Shown piece by piece: positions 13,030 to 25,424 of a DNA stretch of 64,000 bases (the first letter of the stretch is position 1; each line of letters begins with the position of its first letter). This DNA comes from Octopus sinensis. Its lineage: Eukaryota. The translations under genes and the position numbers were made by a program. Where the stretch lies: NCBI RefSeq assembly GCF_006345805.1, contig NC_042998.1, forward strand, positions 147,374,001 through 147,438,000, in the 5' to 3' direction. The notes under the pieces are model-generated. The model was not told the origin of the DNA. It made no database searches and saw only the letters and a list, made by a program, of their open reading frames with translations.

Positions 13030-13400
13030 ATTATAATAAATCTTCCACTGTGGAGGGAGACGGTTTCCAACAAAGATACGAGGCTCCATCTTTGGGATGT
13101 AGTTAACACAGACAAATTCACATTAGGAACTTGAGAAAAGTCTTGCATATTTTTACTGTTCCACTCCTAGATTGCACTTGTAATGTACGAATTAGCCGGT
13201 CGATTTCTCTTTCTGAAAATCCCAGTTTATCCAAATTCTCCTTTAAGCATTTACTAACAAAACCTAGTGTTCCAATTATTTGTGGTATGAATAGGAATTC
13301 ATAGTCTGGATATAGAAGCTGGAGGTTTCGATGTGCATGTACATGGCCCCGGGGGAGTTATAAACTTTAGTTGTATCTCAGGAGGGTCATTATGCCAATA
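13030..13400 (-). mobile_element. 3' end of an RLE-bearing (R4/R2-type) non-LTR retrotransposon
   Basis: Minus-strand peptide RNLQLLYPDYEFLFIPQIIGTLGFVSKCLKENLDKLGFSEREIDRLIRTLQVQSRSGTVKICKTFLKFLM* matches the RLE C-terminal pattern (IPxxIGxLG...LQ...GT..I), followed by a short 3' UTR. Confidence 0.75.
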
Positions 13401-14395
13401 ATAAACACATTCTTTGTTCTATTTCATTTCTTTATTGCTATTCGTGAATCGGTTAACCATTTAACCAAGTGATTAAACGATTGATCAAACAAGCAATAAA
13501 TTGTTTAAATACTTAACCGATCGACGAATAACAATAAAGAAGTGAAATAGAACGAAGGCCTGTGTTCATTATTAGCATAACGACCCTCCCGAGATACAAC
13601 GAAATATGTTTCTACGTATGAGTTCACAACAATAACCTTGCCAACCAAATATAAAAAAAACAGCTGTGAATCGTTGCACGGCAATTCAGCTCTGGGTGCA
13701 TATGTACTTACAGCAGAAATGAAAATGATCTCACGATTCCTGTTACATTGTGTGTGTGTGTATGTGTGTGTGCGTGTATGCATGCAAGTATGTAGGTGTA
13801 CTTGTGTGCTTATGTCTTTGTGTGTGTGTGAGATGAATGTATGCACTTGCCTAATTTTATTTCCGCTAATGTTAGACGAGAACACGCACTCGCCCGTCCA
13901 CATACTTTTGAACACACACATTCACTGATACACACGGATGCACGCATAAAACAACTACACGCTCTCGCGCATACGCGCACACATACATACATCATACATA
14001 CATACATACATACATACATACATACATACACAAGCATACATTACACACAGAGGCACAAATAAAGCACCTGCCCGCGATTGCATACGCGCGCGCGCAGCAC
14101 ACACAACACATATGCACGCATGCACTCGCTCACATAGAAGATCCGCATTAACCTTATTATCAACATAATATAAAATGAAAAAAACACAACGATTGAGCGA
14201 CGAATTTCCAGCCGGGTCGTGTGTGCATAAATTAACATAAATTAGCAGCTGTACGCCTGTTGTGATTGGTTAATAAATATGTAACCAGTTTCAAAATTTA
14301 CTATTGATTTTTTTTTTTAGTCTTTTGCTTAACCCTTCACCCATTACCTTTGTATTTATCCCTTTGTATCTCATTCCCCCTCTTCCTCCTGTTAG

Positions 14396-14427
14396 ATTAT
14401 GCTTATTTGGCACAATACTTTCCATAA
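14396..14427 (+). CDS. Candidate terminal coding exon (phase 1: xYAYLAQYFP*) of an unidentified gene
   Basis: About 55 nt of polypyrimidine tract ending in GTTAG| at 14395. Phase 1 gives (D)YAYLAQYFP-TAA, followed by a C-rich putative 3' UTR. No homology recognised. Confidence 0.25.
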
Positions 14428-14934
14428 AAGCCTCCGCACAATAGATGGCCTTTCTCGCTCCACCACCATCACCACCACCGTCCTCACCATCTCCGCCATC
14501 ACCACCTTCGCCGCCATCGCCTCCATCGCCGCCATCTCCGCTCGAACCGTTCTCAAACAACGGCTTGTGTTAAGTGGAGAAAGCGGTTCACGTGCACTTT
14601 TAGACACAGCTGTGAGGGTGTTTTGACATTGGAACTGGGTTGATTTGTGGGGAGTGAAAGAAGGTGAGAGAGAAACAGAGAGAGGGGGACGGGGGAAGAG
14701 AGAAAGTGATGGAGAGGGTAAGTAGATGTCAACTGGGAAAAAGCAGGCAGAAGGGATGCATCTGGTGCATTCGGGTACACGGAACGGGAGAGAGAGGGTA
14801 GTCGGATAGATAGCTAGGTAGGTGAATGGATAGATGAGGTGTGTGGTGTGTGTGTGTGTGTGTGTGTGCGTGCGTGTATGCGTGCGTGTGTGAGCATACG
14901 CATGCATATAAGTGCTGATTAAAAGTAAATACAT

Positions 14935-15174
14935 TTATATGTATATACGCACAAACATATTTATGTACATATGTGTGTGTGCGTGTATATATATATTATA
15001 TATACACACACATACTTTACATACATACATGCATACATACATTACATACATATATGCATACATAAATACATACATATATACACACACATACACACACTCA
15101 CCACACACACACACACACAACAACACACACACACACACACCACACACACACACACAACATATTATATTATATAT

Positions 15175-15223
<49 letters not shown>

Positions 15224-15744
15224 TGTAGAAGGTTAAAAAGGAACATGGAAAAAAAGTCAAGGAAAAAAATACTAAAATAATTTTATAAAAGACATTTCAG
15301 TACCGATTTAAGTCATTGAGACTTTTTCAACTGTACGTATGGAAAACAATTACATTTTGGAAAAATTAAAAGAAAAGTTTTTTAAAAGAATATTTACATA
15401 GTATTCAATTACAAGGGGCATTTTCCTTGTTTCTGCCTGTCCCTGTCTCTCTTGTTTACTCTTGTGGGTTCGAGGTTATGTTCTTGTCACGTTGCACTGC
15501 GATCATTTCGACATCTGACATGCGGTACACCGGGCACCTGTTCAGTCGATTTCGTGGAGGGAGTGAGCTAATGTACACCACATACATTTGATCACTATAA
15601 ACAAATCATTCGTGCAGGTCGCTCGGCAGAAAATCCGAACACTCATACGTCGCCTTCGACGGAAGAGCCCATCATATATTACATATACATATGTGTGTGT
15701 GGTGTATATATATACAGTGGTTAACCCCGACTCAACCCGGGACC

Positions 15745-15843
<99 letters not shown>

Positions 15844-15959
15844 ATATATATATATATTTTATATAATACATATATATACCCATATATTTACATACGTATA
15901 TATCTATATATCTATATATATATATTTATATATATATACACATACATATATATATACAA

Positions 15960-16006
<47 letters not shown>

Positions 16007-16075
16007 TATATACACACACGCACAAACACGCCACACAACACACACACCACACCGCCACACCACACACACACACCA

Positions 16076-16163
<88 letters not shown>

Positions 16164-16712
16164 ATATGTGTTGTAGAGGTTTAACAAGGAACATGGAAAA
16201 AAAGTCAAGGAAAAAAATACTAAAATAATTTTATAAAAGACATTTCAGTACCGTTTAAGTCATTGAGACTTTTTACTGTACGTATGGAAAACAATTACAT
16301 TTTGAAAAATTAAAAGAAAAGTTTTTTAAAAGAATATTTACATAGTATTCAATTACAAGGGGCATTTTCCTTGTTTCTGCCTGTCCTGTCTCTCTTGTTT
16401 ACTCGTGTGGGTTCGAGGTATGTTCTTGTCACGTTGCACTGCGATCATTTCGACATCTGACATGCGGTACACCGGGCACCTGTTCAGGTGATTCGTGGAG
16501 GGAGTGAGCTAATGTACACCACATACATTTGATCACTATAAACAAATCATTCGTGCAGGTCGCTCGGCAGAAAATCCGAACACTCATACGTCGCCTTCGA
16601 CGGAAGAGCCCATCATATATACTATACATATACATATGTGTGTGTGTGTATATATATACAGTGGTTAACCCCGACTCAACCCGGGACCTTACATATATAT
16701 ATATATATATAT

Positions 16713-16772
<60 letters not shown>

Positions 16773-16823
16773 CCATACATATATATATATATACACATAT
16801 ATTTACAACGTATAATATATACG

Positions 16824-16863
<40 letters not shown>

Positions 16864-16956
16864 ACACATACATATATATATACAAATATACACATATATA
16901 TATATATATATATATGCATACACACATATACATACACCACACAAGGCACAAACACG

Positions 16957-16991
<35 letters not shown>

Positions 16992-17095
16992 CACGACCAC
17001 CACACACACAAACACACCCACACACAACACACACACACCATATATATATATAAACAAATACACATGCAAATGCACAGACTCACGCATACACAACG
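14935..17095. repeat. Tandem duplication, unit ~950 bp (compound microsatellite plus ~530 bp unique sequence)
   Basis: 15220-15750 matches 16168-16692 nearly base for base. Three similar TA/CA blocks lie at ~14935, ~15755 and ~16695. Confidence 0.9.
15486..15675 (-). repeat. Unclassified interspersed repeat X (other copies: 16428-16616 minus, partial 17106-17139 minus, 48560-48745 plus)
   Basis: Shared text ATGATGGGCTCTTCCGTCGAAG...GAGTGTTCGG...GAATGATTTGTTTATAGTGATCAAAT...TTAGCTCA...GAAATGATCGCA. Confidence 0.7.
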
Positions 17096-17639
17096 CCTGG
17101 AGAAACTCATTCCTCGCCTTCGACGGGAGAGTCCATCATAAATATATAAGTGAAAGTTCTTACACGCGACGGGATCAGAGAAATTGTAAATCAAATCCCT
17201 TTTTTTTTACTATCTTCATTTCTCCCCTGTTTTTTTTCACTCTTAACTCAGTATGACTGAAACTGTGATGATATTCATTTCTTGTCGATCACTACTAACT
17301 CTAATGAGTTCTTTACATGTTTTTCTAATTCATAATTCTAAATTTGTCTATTATGAACATTTAAACTTGTCGACATTGAAACTTTTAAAGATTTTTTTCT
17401 AATTCATAATTTTTACCATTGATAAACAAGCAATATTGTTGAAACAAGTTTGGTATATATGTAAATAAATTTGTTTTAAACAATTTTTCAAATTTAGGTG
17501 CATTTTCAAAAACAAATTTGCCTATACATATATATATATATATATATACAAGCATGCATACATACATACATACATACATACATACATACATACATACATA
17601 CATACATACATACATACATACATACATACATGCATATAT

Positions 17640-18390
17640 ATATGGGGGAGTCGGTTTTTTTACGTCCGCGTTGGTTTATCTACGTCCGCGAAGCTTAGTG
17701 GCTCGGTAAAAAGGAACGATAGAATAAGTACTGGGGACGATTTGGTCGACTAAACCCTAAGAGGCAATGCTCCAACATAGCAGCAGTCTAATGACTGAAA
17801 TAAGTGAAAGGTAATCTATAAATTGGACATGGGTGATCGTTGTATTCTTTCTTGTCTTGAGGTTCACAGCCAAATGGCTGGGTAGATTTGCGTGAAAAAT
17901 GGCATACATGTGGAGACGGGTGCATAGATTGGAATGCGGTTTGTATCTTTTACTTAGCCCCCATACTTACCGAGAAAATCGATTAAAATCTTTCCTAATG
18001 GAATTCCCCTCTTTCTTCCGCCATTAAAACAACCAGTTGCTTAGAAGCTGTTTTCTGACGGGGTGGGGTCAGGAAATGTTTCATATAGTTGGTGGCTCCA
18101 ATCGAAACAGGGAACCCAAAATTATAAGATTGAGAAACGCTGTTATAGATTATGCCTGACCAAAAATGATCACAGCCACATTATCCAAACAGACCGGGTG
18201 AAACCGGGCTTAGCTGCTAGTATATATATATATATGCGTGACTGCGTGCTAAGAAGCTTGCTTCCAAACCACATGGTTCCGGGTTCAGTCTAACTGCGTG
18301 GCATCTTGGGCAAGCGTCTTCTACTCTAGCCACGAGCCGACCAAAACCTTGTAAGTGGATTTAATAGACGGAAATTAAAAGAAGACTACA
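17640..18390 (+). mobile_element. Two SINE family B halves (3' half 17640-17810; 5' half 18237-18390)
   Basis: GATAGAATAAGTACTGGG...GATTTGGTCGACTAAA...AATGACTGAAATAAGT, and CCAAACCACATGGTTCCGGGTTCAGTC...CTTGGGCAAG...GACGGAAATTAAAAGAAG. Confidence 0.75.
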
Positions 18391-18404
18391 AATGACATGG
18401 GATT

Positions 18405-18667
18405 GCACTAAAAAGTTCCTCTTCGGGACACAAGTCCAGGCAATGTTATTTTGTGGAAGACCAGCAGTCGCCCGTGCATACTAGTCTCCTCGCCCCAAAG
18501 CTTGGCACCAGTCACGTTGCAACTCACTTCTACAGCTGAGTAAACTGGAACAAAGTGAAGTAAAGTGTCTTGCTCAAGACAAGAGCACAACACAGCCCGG
18601 TTCGCTAATCGAACTCACAACCCCATGATTGTAAGCCCGATGTCCTAACCACTGAGCCATGCGCCTT
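18405..18667 (-). mobile_element. tRNA-derived CORE-like SINE (family C)
   Basis: Minus strand: A-box GGCGCATGGCTCAGTGGTTAGG, B-box GAGTTCGATT, CORE-like CTTGAGCAAGACACTTTACTTCAC. The tail ATGCACGGGCGACTGCTGGTCTTCCA also occurs at 42600-42700. Confidence 0.8.
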
Positions 18668-18751
18668 TATGACGTATACGCACATACATACACGTATATG
18701 TTTACATATATGTGAATACACACTCATCTGTCTGTCTGTCTGTCTGTCTGC

Positions 18752-18784
<33 letters not shown>

Positions 18785-19049
18785 CGAAGCTTTAATTATC
18801 GCTATTAATTATTTTCTAATGAGCCCACTGGCTATTTGCAGCATCTGTGTCTGAATAGACACTAATATTCTTAGACAGGAGATTCGGCTGTTATGACACG
18901 ACCGGATGTGTGTCACTGAAGAGCTCAAAACTGCGAAATTATGTGATCTCGCAGTTCCGGTGGCTCAGCAGATGGTTCTCGTCTGTCAACGATATAAATA
19001 AGAATGCTTTTATATACCACGAGTCTTAGGTGTAATTGTTATTGCCTTT

Positions 19050-20200
19050 TAAGTATGTTTCGCAAACTGTTTAAATAAAGGAAACTTTACTCATAGTACT
19101 TATTTGCTAGTGGACCCAGTATTAACTGTACCCATATAGTACCAATATATTCTTTTAAATTGTTTATATAATGATAGGAAATATCTGAATGTCTATGTAA
19201 TGCTTATTAAGCATATTTAGTATACTGTGGCAACTTGTGAGTTTTATAATTGATAATAATTAACATGTGATTTGGTCTTAAATATTAACTGCCTGATTGT
19301 AAGTGGCTTTTTATTTGTGAATTGTAGTGTATCTAGAAGATGGATTTTTCTTGCGTACCTGTATATATCTAATTATTACCACAATTTTCTATATATGAAA
19401 TTAAGTCCAAATTCATTTCCAAGTAGCTTTAATGAGTCATTGAATTACTTGTACTAGTTACCTCCCCTTAACTATAACCCTACTTACTCTTTGACCGTTC
19501 CCTCATGCATGTTATAACATTAAGCTGCTGAAGGGCATAAGCGGCCCCTAACCACTTATATCATTGTCTTCTCCCCCAGACCCTTTAGTTTTTCTTATTT
19601 TATTGACATTTCCATTGTAACGGTTTTAACTTGTGACCTCGGTTCAAATTGAAACTGAGCAATTGTAGAGACCGCCGGACTTAGACTTGCCCCATCGTGG
19701 ACCATAGGTGGGATTCTCAGTAATATTCCTGTGAGTACACTTTCTTAAGTATCCTACGGTAATGTTTTAGATATATTTTACTTGAGTTTACTTCGTTAGC
19801 ATAGGTACTGCCCTTTGATAATCATGTTAGTAAGTTTCCTTGTATTATTTTTTAGATAACTTCTTTTCATAAATTTTAAAACATCTTACTCCGCCCTTAA
19901 ATTGTAACTACCCGTAAATAAATTTTAGTATTCCCTAGACCACTACTAGTTCACTCTTTTACCTACAGACCTCGTAGCCCCAAGATGGTAGATTATATGC
20001 TTCCATGCTTCTTTTGTAGGTCATGTTTTCTTTCCTATTCCTTCTTCCCTTTGGATGCTCTTGTCTTTTACTCTGATGAAGCACCGTGCCTTAATTTGAA
20101 TGTCCTATGAAGATGAAGAATGTTATTTTCGCAATTATTTATAGACAGCGTTTGGCAACGGATGCGGAAATGGCCGTAAGATTTGTTACGTCACCTATTT
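19050..20200 (+). mobile_element. Highly degenerate PLE 3' region (putative)
   Basis: Weak peptide traces (ILWQL...DNN*HVIWS*ILTA, similar to the GIY-YIG C-terminal YIWxLK...IxWxIL motif seen at ~6100), followed by a hammerhead-like motif at 20071-20180. Confidence 0.4.
20071..20180 (+). ncRNA. Hammerhead-like motif with long stem II (partly degenerate)
   Basis: CT-CTGATGA-A-GCACCGTGCC...GGCAACGGATGC-G-GAAA-T(GGCC)G-TA-AG: 10-bp bulged stem II, GGCC palindromic loop, GUA triplet. Stem I is only 2 bp. Confidence 0.6.
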
Positions 20201-20359
20201 GTTATGTCATGCTTTGTATAAAAAAATAAGCTATAAATGCGGTCCAATCGAAGCGTTTGTTAATCTGAGGCTTTTTCCATTTTCTGATTATCTGTGTGTG
20301 TGTATGTGTGTGTGTGTAATCGAAATTCCTCTTTTCTCTCTCTATATATATATGGTATA

Positions 20360-20393
<34 letters not shown>

Positions 20394-20613
20394 TCTGCTG
20401 CACATAATTGTTTTTCACGTTTTCGTTTCGTCTTGTTCCACGTCTCTGTCCTTCTGTTGTAACAAATGGCTTTTCCGTTTTCGTTTCTGTTGATTTTTAC
20501 GTCTTCTTGTGGTGTCCTGTACGTATATATATATTTATATATGCATGTATATATACATGTAGATGTCGGTACGTACATATATGTTTGTATGTATGCATAT
20601 ATTTTATTTATTA

Positions 20614-20663
<50 letters not shown>

Positions 20664-20667
20664 TCCT

Positions 20668-20713
<46 letters not shown>

Positions 20714-20742
20714 CATATTCCTCTTTTCTATATATTCCTCTT

Positions 20743-20785
<43 letters not shown>

Positions 20786-21021
20786 TATATGAAGCGAAAT
20801 AGAACGCTAGATGCAGATAAATAGTGAATGTTTGTAGGTGGGTTGGAAGATTGAGATCAATTAAATTATTCAATTAATGAATGATGTCAGCAATAATAAT
20901 AGTGTAGTAATTAATAATTTCAAACAATTAGAACCAATAATAATTTTAGCCATCAGAAATAAAAACATCAATTATTAGCCGGATGTCAAAGAAATAGAAA
21001 GTGCTGTTTTAAACTGGAATT

Positions 21022-21337
21022 CAGTGGTTCTCAACCGGGATCCATATGGCCCCACAGGGGCCATATAAGATTTTTGGTGGGGTCCATATAACAAAATAAT
21101 AAATTGGAGATTCACAATATTATTTTAAGGTCCTCTGAAACAATTTTGTTCTTGATGTATGTATTGGTATGGATGCATGTATGTCTCACATAGTTCAACC
21201 TGCACAAGTTGATGTGTGAATAACAAAATTAGAATTTTGAAAGAAGTTTCTATAAATATGAATATGGAGATCCACCAGAATAAAAGAGTAATCAAAAGGC
21301 TCCATAGATAAAAGAAATAAATGGTTGAGAGCCCCTA
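21022..21337. mobile_element. hAT-type MITE
   Basis: TIRs CAGTGGTTCTCAACC / GGTTGAGAGCCCCTA, with an imperfect 8-bp TSD CTGGAATT (21014-21021) / CTCTAATT (21338-21345). Confidence 0.7.
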
Positions 21338-21765
21338 CTCTAATTGCTGAAATTATAAGCTGCTTATTACTAAAACTATTTCAGTTTGGATCACGTTACA
21401 GATTAACCAAGAAAAACATCGCACTTCTAAAGCACTGGAAAAGAGCGCTTTGCGGCATTTATTCCAACTTTTTGTGCTCAGTGTGCAAACTCCGCCGAGA
21501 TGAACTTCAACATTTATCCCTATTTTGTTGATAAAATAAAGTTCTAATCAAGAACTGGAGATGAATGTAAACTACTAAGCATATCCCCTCATAGCAGCTG
21601 GTTTTGTGACTAAATTACAGGCCGTACGCACACGCGCACATACAAACACATACACCCCACACACACACGCACGCACACATATAAATACATGTATGTATGC
21701 ATATTTATACATATATATTCGTATATACACGCACATGTATGTATGTATGTTTGTATGTATGTATA

Positions 21766-21864
<99 letters not shown>

Positions 21865-22483
21865 CGTGTGGTTGTGTGCATGTGTATATGTACATACCTA
21901 TATACATATATATATGTATATGTACATACCTATATACATATATATATGTATATGTGCATATATATGTATATATATATACATATACATATACATATATATA
22001 TTTATATATATATATATATATATATGCATACGTATACATATATTATCATCTAGTGTAATTTTAACTTTCAACTGCGTGACAAATAACCAGTCATTAGAAA
22101 TTGTCTGTGTATCCCCGTTCGCATTATTGTATATGTATCACTTGTTATGAGTAATCCGGATTTTGCGTGTTTCACTGAATAGAAAGTAAACATGAGACAT
22201 TGTTTTTATGATATTTGGTTACACCATCTTACATTTCATTAACGCAAGAAGATTACTTGTTACATAACGTACTTTACATAATTAAGACATACTGTTAAAT
22301 CATACGTAGCATTACTAGTTTGTAGAATCAACCTCGGGGAGACAATTCAATATTGATGCCCATTAAAAAGTGATACGTCTCTGACGACTACACAATAAAT
22401 CTTGATTATGTAATTTATAATATGTAAATAATCATCACTGAGTGTTACTGAAGTACCTTATAGGCAACCTCTCATGTTATGCA

Positions 22484-22536
<53 letters not shown>

Positions 22537-23048
22537 ACAAAAGGGTACGGGCGTCGCTATATATATACATTTTCTTTCTCTTCTCACACATGACTGACCG
22601 ATTGCCGGCCTTTCGTGCTTAGCAGTCGTCGCGGCAAGATACATTTTTTCTCTCTCTGCCCTAAGACATTTTTCTAACAGGCCAGCTCAAAGTTTACTCG
22701 TCCTGTCGAAAGACGCCTGTCTGTGACGTCCTGTTTTTGATATTATTATTATCATTATTGTTTTTACGTATTTTTGTATTCTTATTCGTATAACATCGTC
22801 CGTTTTCCGTCCTTGTTTTGTATACATTCGAGGCTTTCTTCCAAGGAATCTAATGCGCTTGGCTTAGATTTTCCTTTGGGGCTGGCCAGATCGGAGCAAT
22901 CTCAAGATTAATCAGCCGAAATTTCGAGGATGATCCGGTTCTTGACTGAAGATTGAAGGCTTCGAATGTCCCGTCCGTGTTTTTTGTATCGTCTTCTAAA
23001 TGTTTTGCGTTCTTGTCCCAGTTTGTATCTTTTTACATATATATATAT

Positions 23049-23291
23049 CAGACAAAGTATAAATAATGGTCAATGCCTATTTTTCCTTTATTGGAGTAAA
23101 TTTGGCTTACAGCTGTTTCCAAAAATCATTATAGGTTACTGGTAGGTTTCCTCAATTGGTCTATTGATCAGCTGAGAAAAATTGAACGACCTGTCACTAA
23201 TGAACCTATAATGACTACTGGAAACCGTTGTAAGCCAAATTTACTCTAATAAATTCAAACTATATAATGACCATTATTTATACCTTGTCTT
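23049..23291. mobile_element. Inverted pair of PLE pLTR remnants with degenerate hammerhead motifs
   Basis: 23049-23137 is the reverse complement of ~23204-23291. The right arm reads CTAATGA-A...GAAA-C(CGTT)G-TA; the left arm on the minus strand reads GAAA-C(AGCT)G-TA. TA dinucleotides flank the pair. Confidence 0.65.
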
Positions 23292-23414
23292 GTATATCAT
23301 TTTGTGTAAAAACAAGTATAACTGGAACACAACCATGGATTTACACTATTGAATGATGATGAACCATAACCTCAGACCCAACCACAAGTATAGTTGAAGT
23401 TCTTTATTAATCTT

Positions 23415-23610
23415 GGCACGGCGGGCGAAATGCTTAGCAGTGTTTCGTCTGTCTTTGCGTTCTGAGTTCAAATTCCGCCGAGGTCGACTTTGCCATTCAT
23501 CCTTTCCAGTCGATAAATTAAATACCACTTGCGTAGTGGGATCGATCTAATCGACTGAGTACCTCCTCAAAAAATTTCAGGCCTTGTGCCTATAGAAAAA
23601 AAGAATATTG
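23415..23610 (+). mobile_element. SINE family A
   Basis: GCGAAATGCTTAGC...GTTCTGAGTTCAAATTCCGCCGAGGTCGACTTTGCC...GGCCTTGTGCCTATAG. Confidence 0.9.
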
Positions 23611-24289
23611 TTAGCTTGGTGTACCAACAGAGAGCTTATGAAGTATTTTGCTCCTCGCTAATAACACTGTTACACACACAACACACACACACACACACAC
23701 ACACAAACATACACAGACACACAAACACCACACACACACCACACACACATACACACACACACACACATATAGTAAATCCCTCCAAAAACGAAGAACAAAC
23801 ACAAAAATGCAACAACTCGAGGACGTGGTACATATAAAGTATTAGCAGACGCTCAGGGAAGGAAACACACACATATATATATATGTGTGTGTGTGTGTGT
23901 GGTGTGTGTGTGTGTGTGTGTGTGTGTTTATCGCAAATGCATGCAGATAAATTACATCGATATACATACAGGAAAAATATGTAAAAATATTTGCATAGGA
24001 TATATATATGCATAGAATTATATATGCATAGAACGTATATATGCCTGCATAATTATCGAATTACTCATACATGTGTTACCAACCTTATTCGCAACAAACT
24101 ATTCGACTGATGCTATTTCTTCGCATACAATATCATGATAACACACGTGCAAATGTGCACATCTGATTGTACTTACGCATTAATATATATATATATATAT
24201 AATATGCATGCATGTGCATATATATATATATATATACATGCATGTATATATAATATATATATATATATCATATATATGCATGTATATAA

Positions 24290-24338
<49 letters not shown>

Positions 24339-24778
24339 TATATGTGTGTGTGTTTGTATGTATACACACGCATGTATCTGTATGTGTCTTTGTGTGCATA
24401 TATGTATACACATGTATAGGCACAAGCATGCACATATATATGCATACATATTGGCATAAACACACACACATGCACGTGCGCACACACACACACACACACA
24501 CACATGTGCGCACGCGCGCACACGCACACAAACACACAGAATTGATGTCGGAAGAAGCTGAAAATGATGAAATCTCCAGTCGACAGATGATGGAGGGAGA
24601 GTCGTGCAGTGCAAGTTGTATACCATGCACACGCTCACAAACACACACGCACACATACATACACACACATGCACACACGTACACGCATGTATGTATGTAT
24701 GTAATGTGTTCCTGCAAGTGCACAAATTTATTATGAATGCAAAGAGAATTTCGCTTAGTCAACTTTGGGGATATTGCT

Positions 24779-24823
<45 letters not shown>

Positions 24824-24827
24824 GCAA

Positions 24828-24858
<31 letters not shown>

Positions 24859-25424
24859 AACGACAACGACAAAAGCAACAACAACAGCGTCATAAAGAAT
24901 CTTTCTATTGAAAGTCATTAAGTCGTTTCGCTTGATAAAGTGCACGGCTACCCGAAATCCTGGCTGTTGATTGGTCAATAATTCGGTAACTCCTCCTAGT
25001 TCCGAATTCTTCTCGGTTTTTATTCCTCATCGTTCCTCCGAGATTCTTACTACCATTTCAGTTATCCATTTAGCTTTTCGTTGTCATCGTCATCGCCGCC
25101 GTCGTCGCCGTTCTCGTCGTTATTATTGTTATTACTATGATTATTCTTCTCGTCGTTGTTGTTATCATTATTGTTTTTACTGCAATCATTCTTGTTATTG
25201 TAGTTATTATAGTTACTGTTATTATTATTCTTATATTTATTGTTGTAGCTGTTGTTGCTGTTGTTATCAGTATTGTTGTTACTGTTATTATTCTTGTCGT
25301 TGTCGTTGTTCTCGTTATTCTCGTTGTCTTTTACTGTCGTTGTTTTTCTTTTATGGTTGTTATTCTTGTTATTGCTGCCGATATGGTCATTATTATTATT
25401 CCAGTTATTATTATTGTTGTTAAT

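Noticed and set aside
14291-14560. Minus-strand Gly/Asp-rich ORF (GDGGDGG...RKAIYCAEAF)
   Set aside because: TTG start with an upstream in-frame stop, driven by a CCATCGCCG-type repeat. The plus-strand acceptor reading is better supported.
17971-18039. Minus-strand exon candidate TGCFNGGRKRGIPLGKILIDFL with a strong GTAAGT donor
   Set aside because: The acceptor lacks a pyrimidine tract, and there is no partner exon or homology.
18913-18950. CTGAAGA-GC...GC-GAAA hammerhead-like text
   Set aside because: Stem II is only 2 bp, with no valid stem III or NUH site.
24545-24920. MSEEAENDEISSRQ... and poly-Q/N frames
   Set aside because: Embedded in CA and AAC/AGC repeats, with no splice support.
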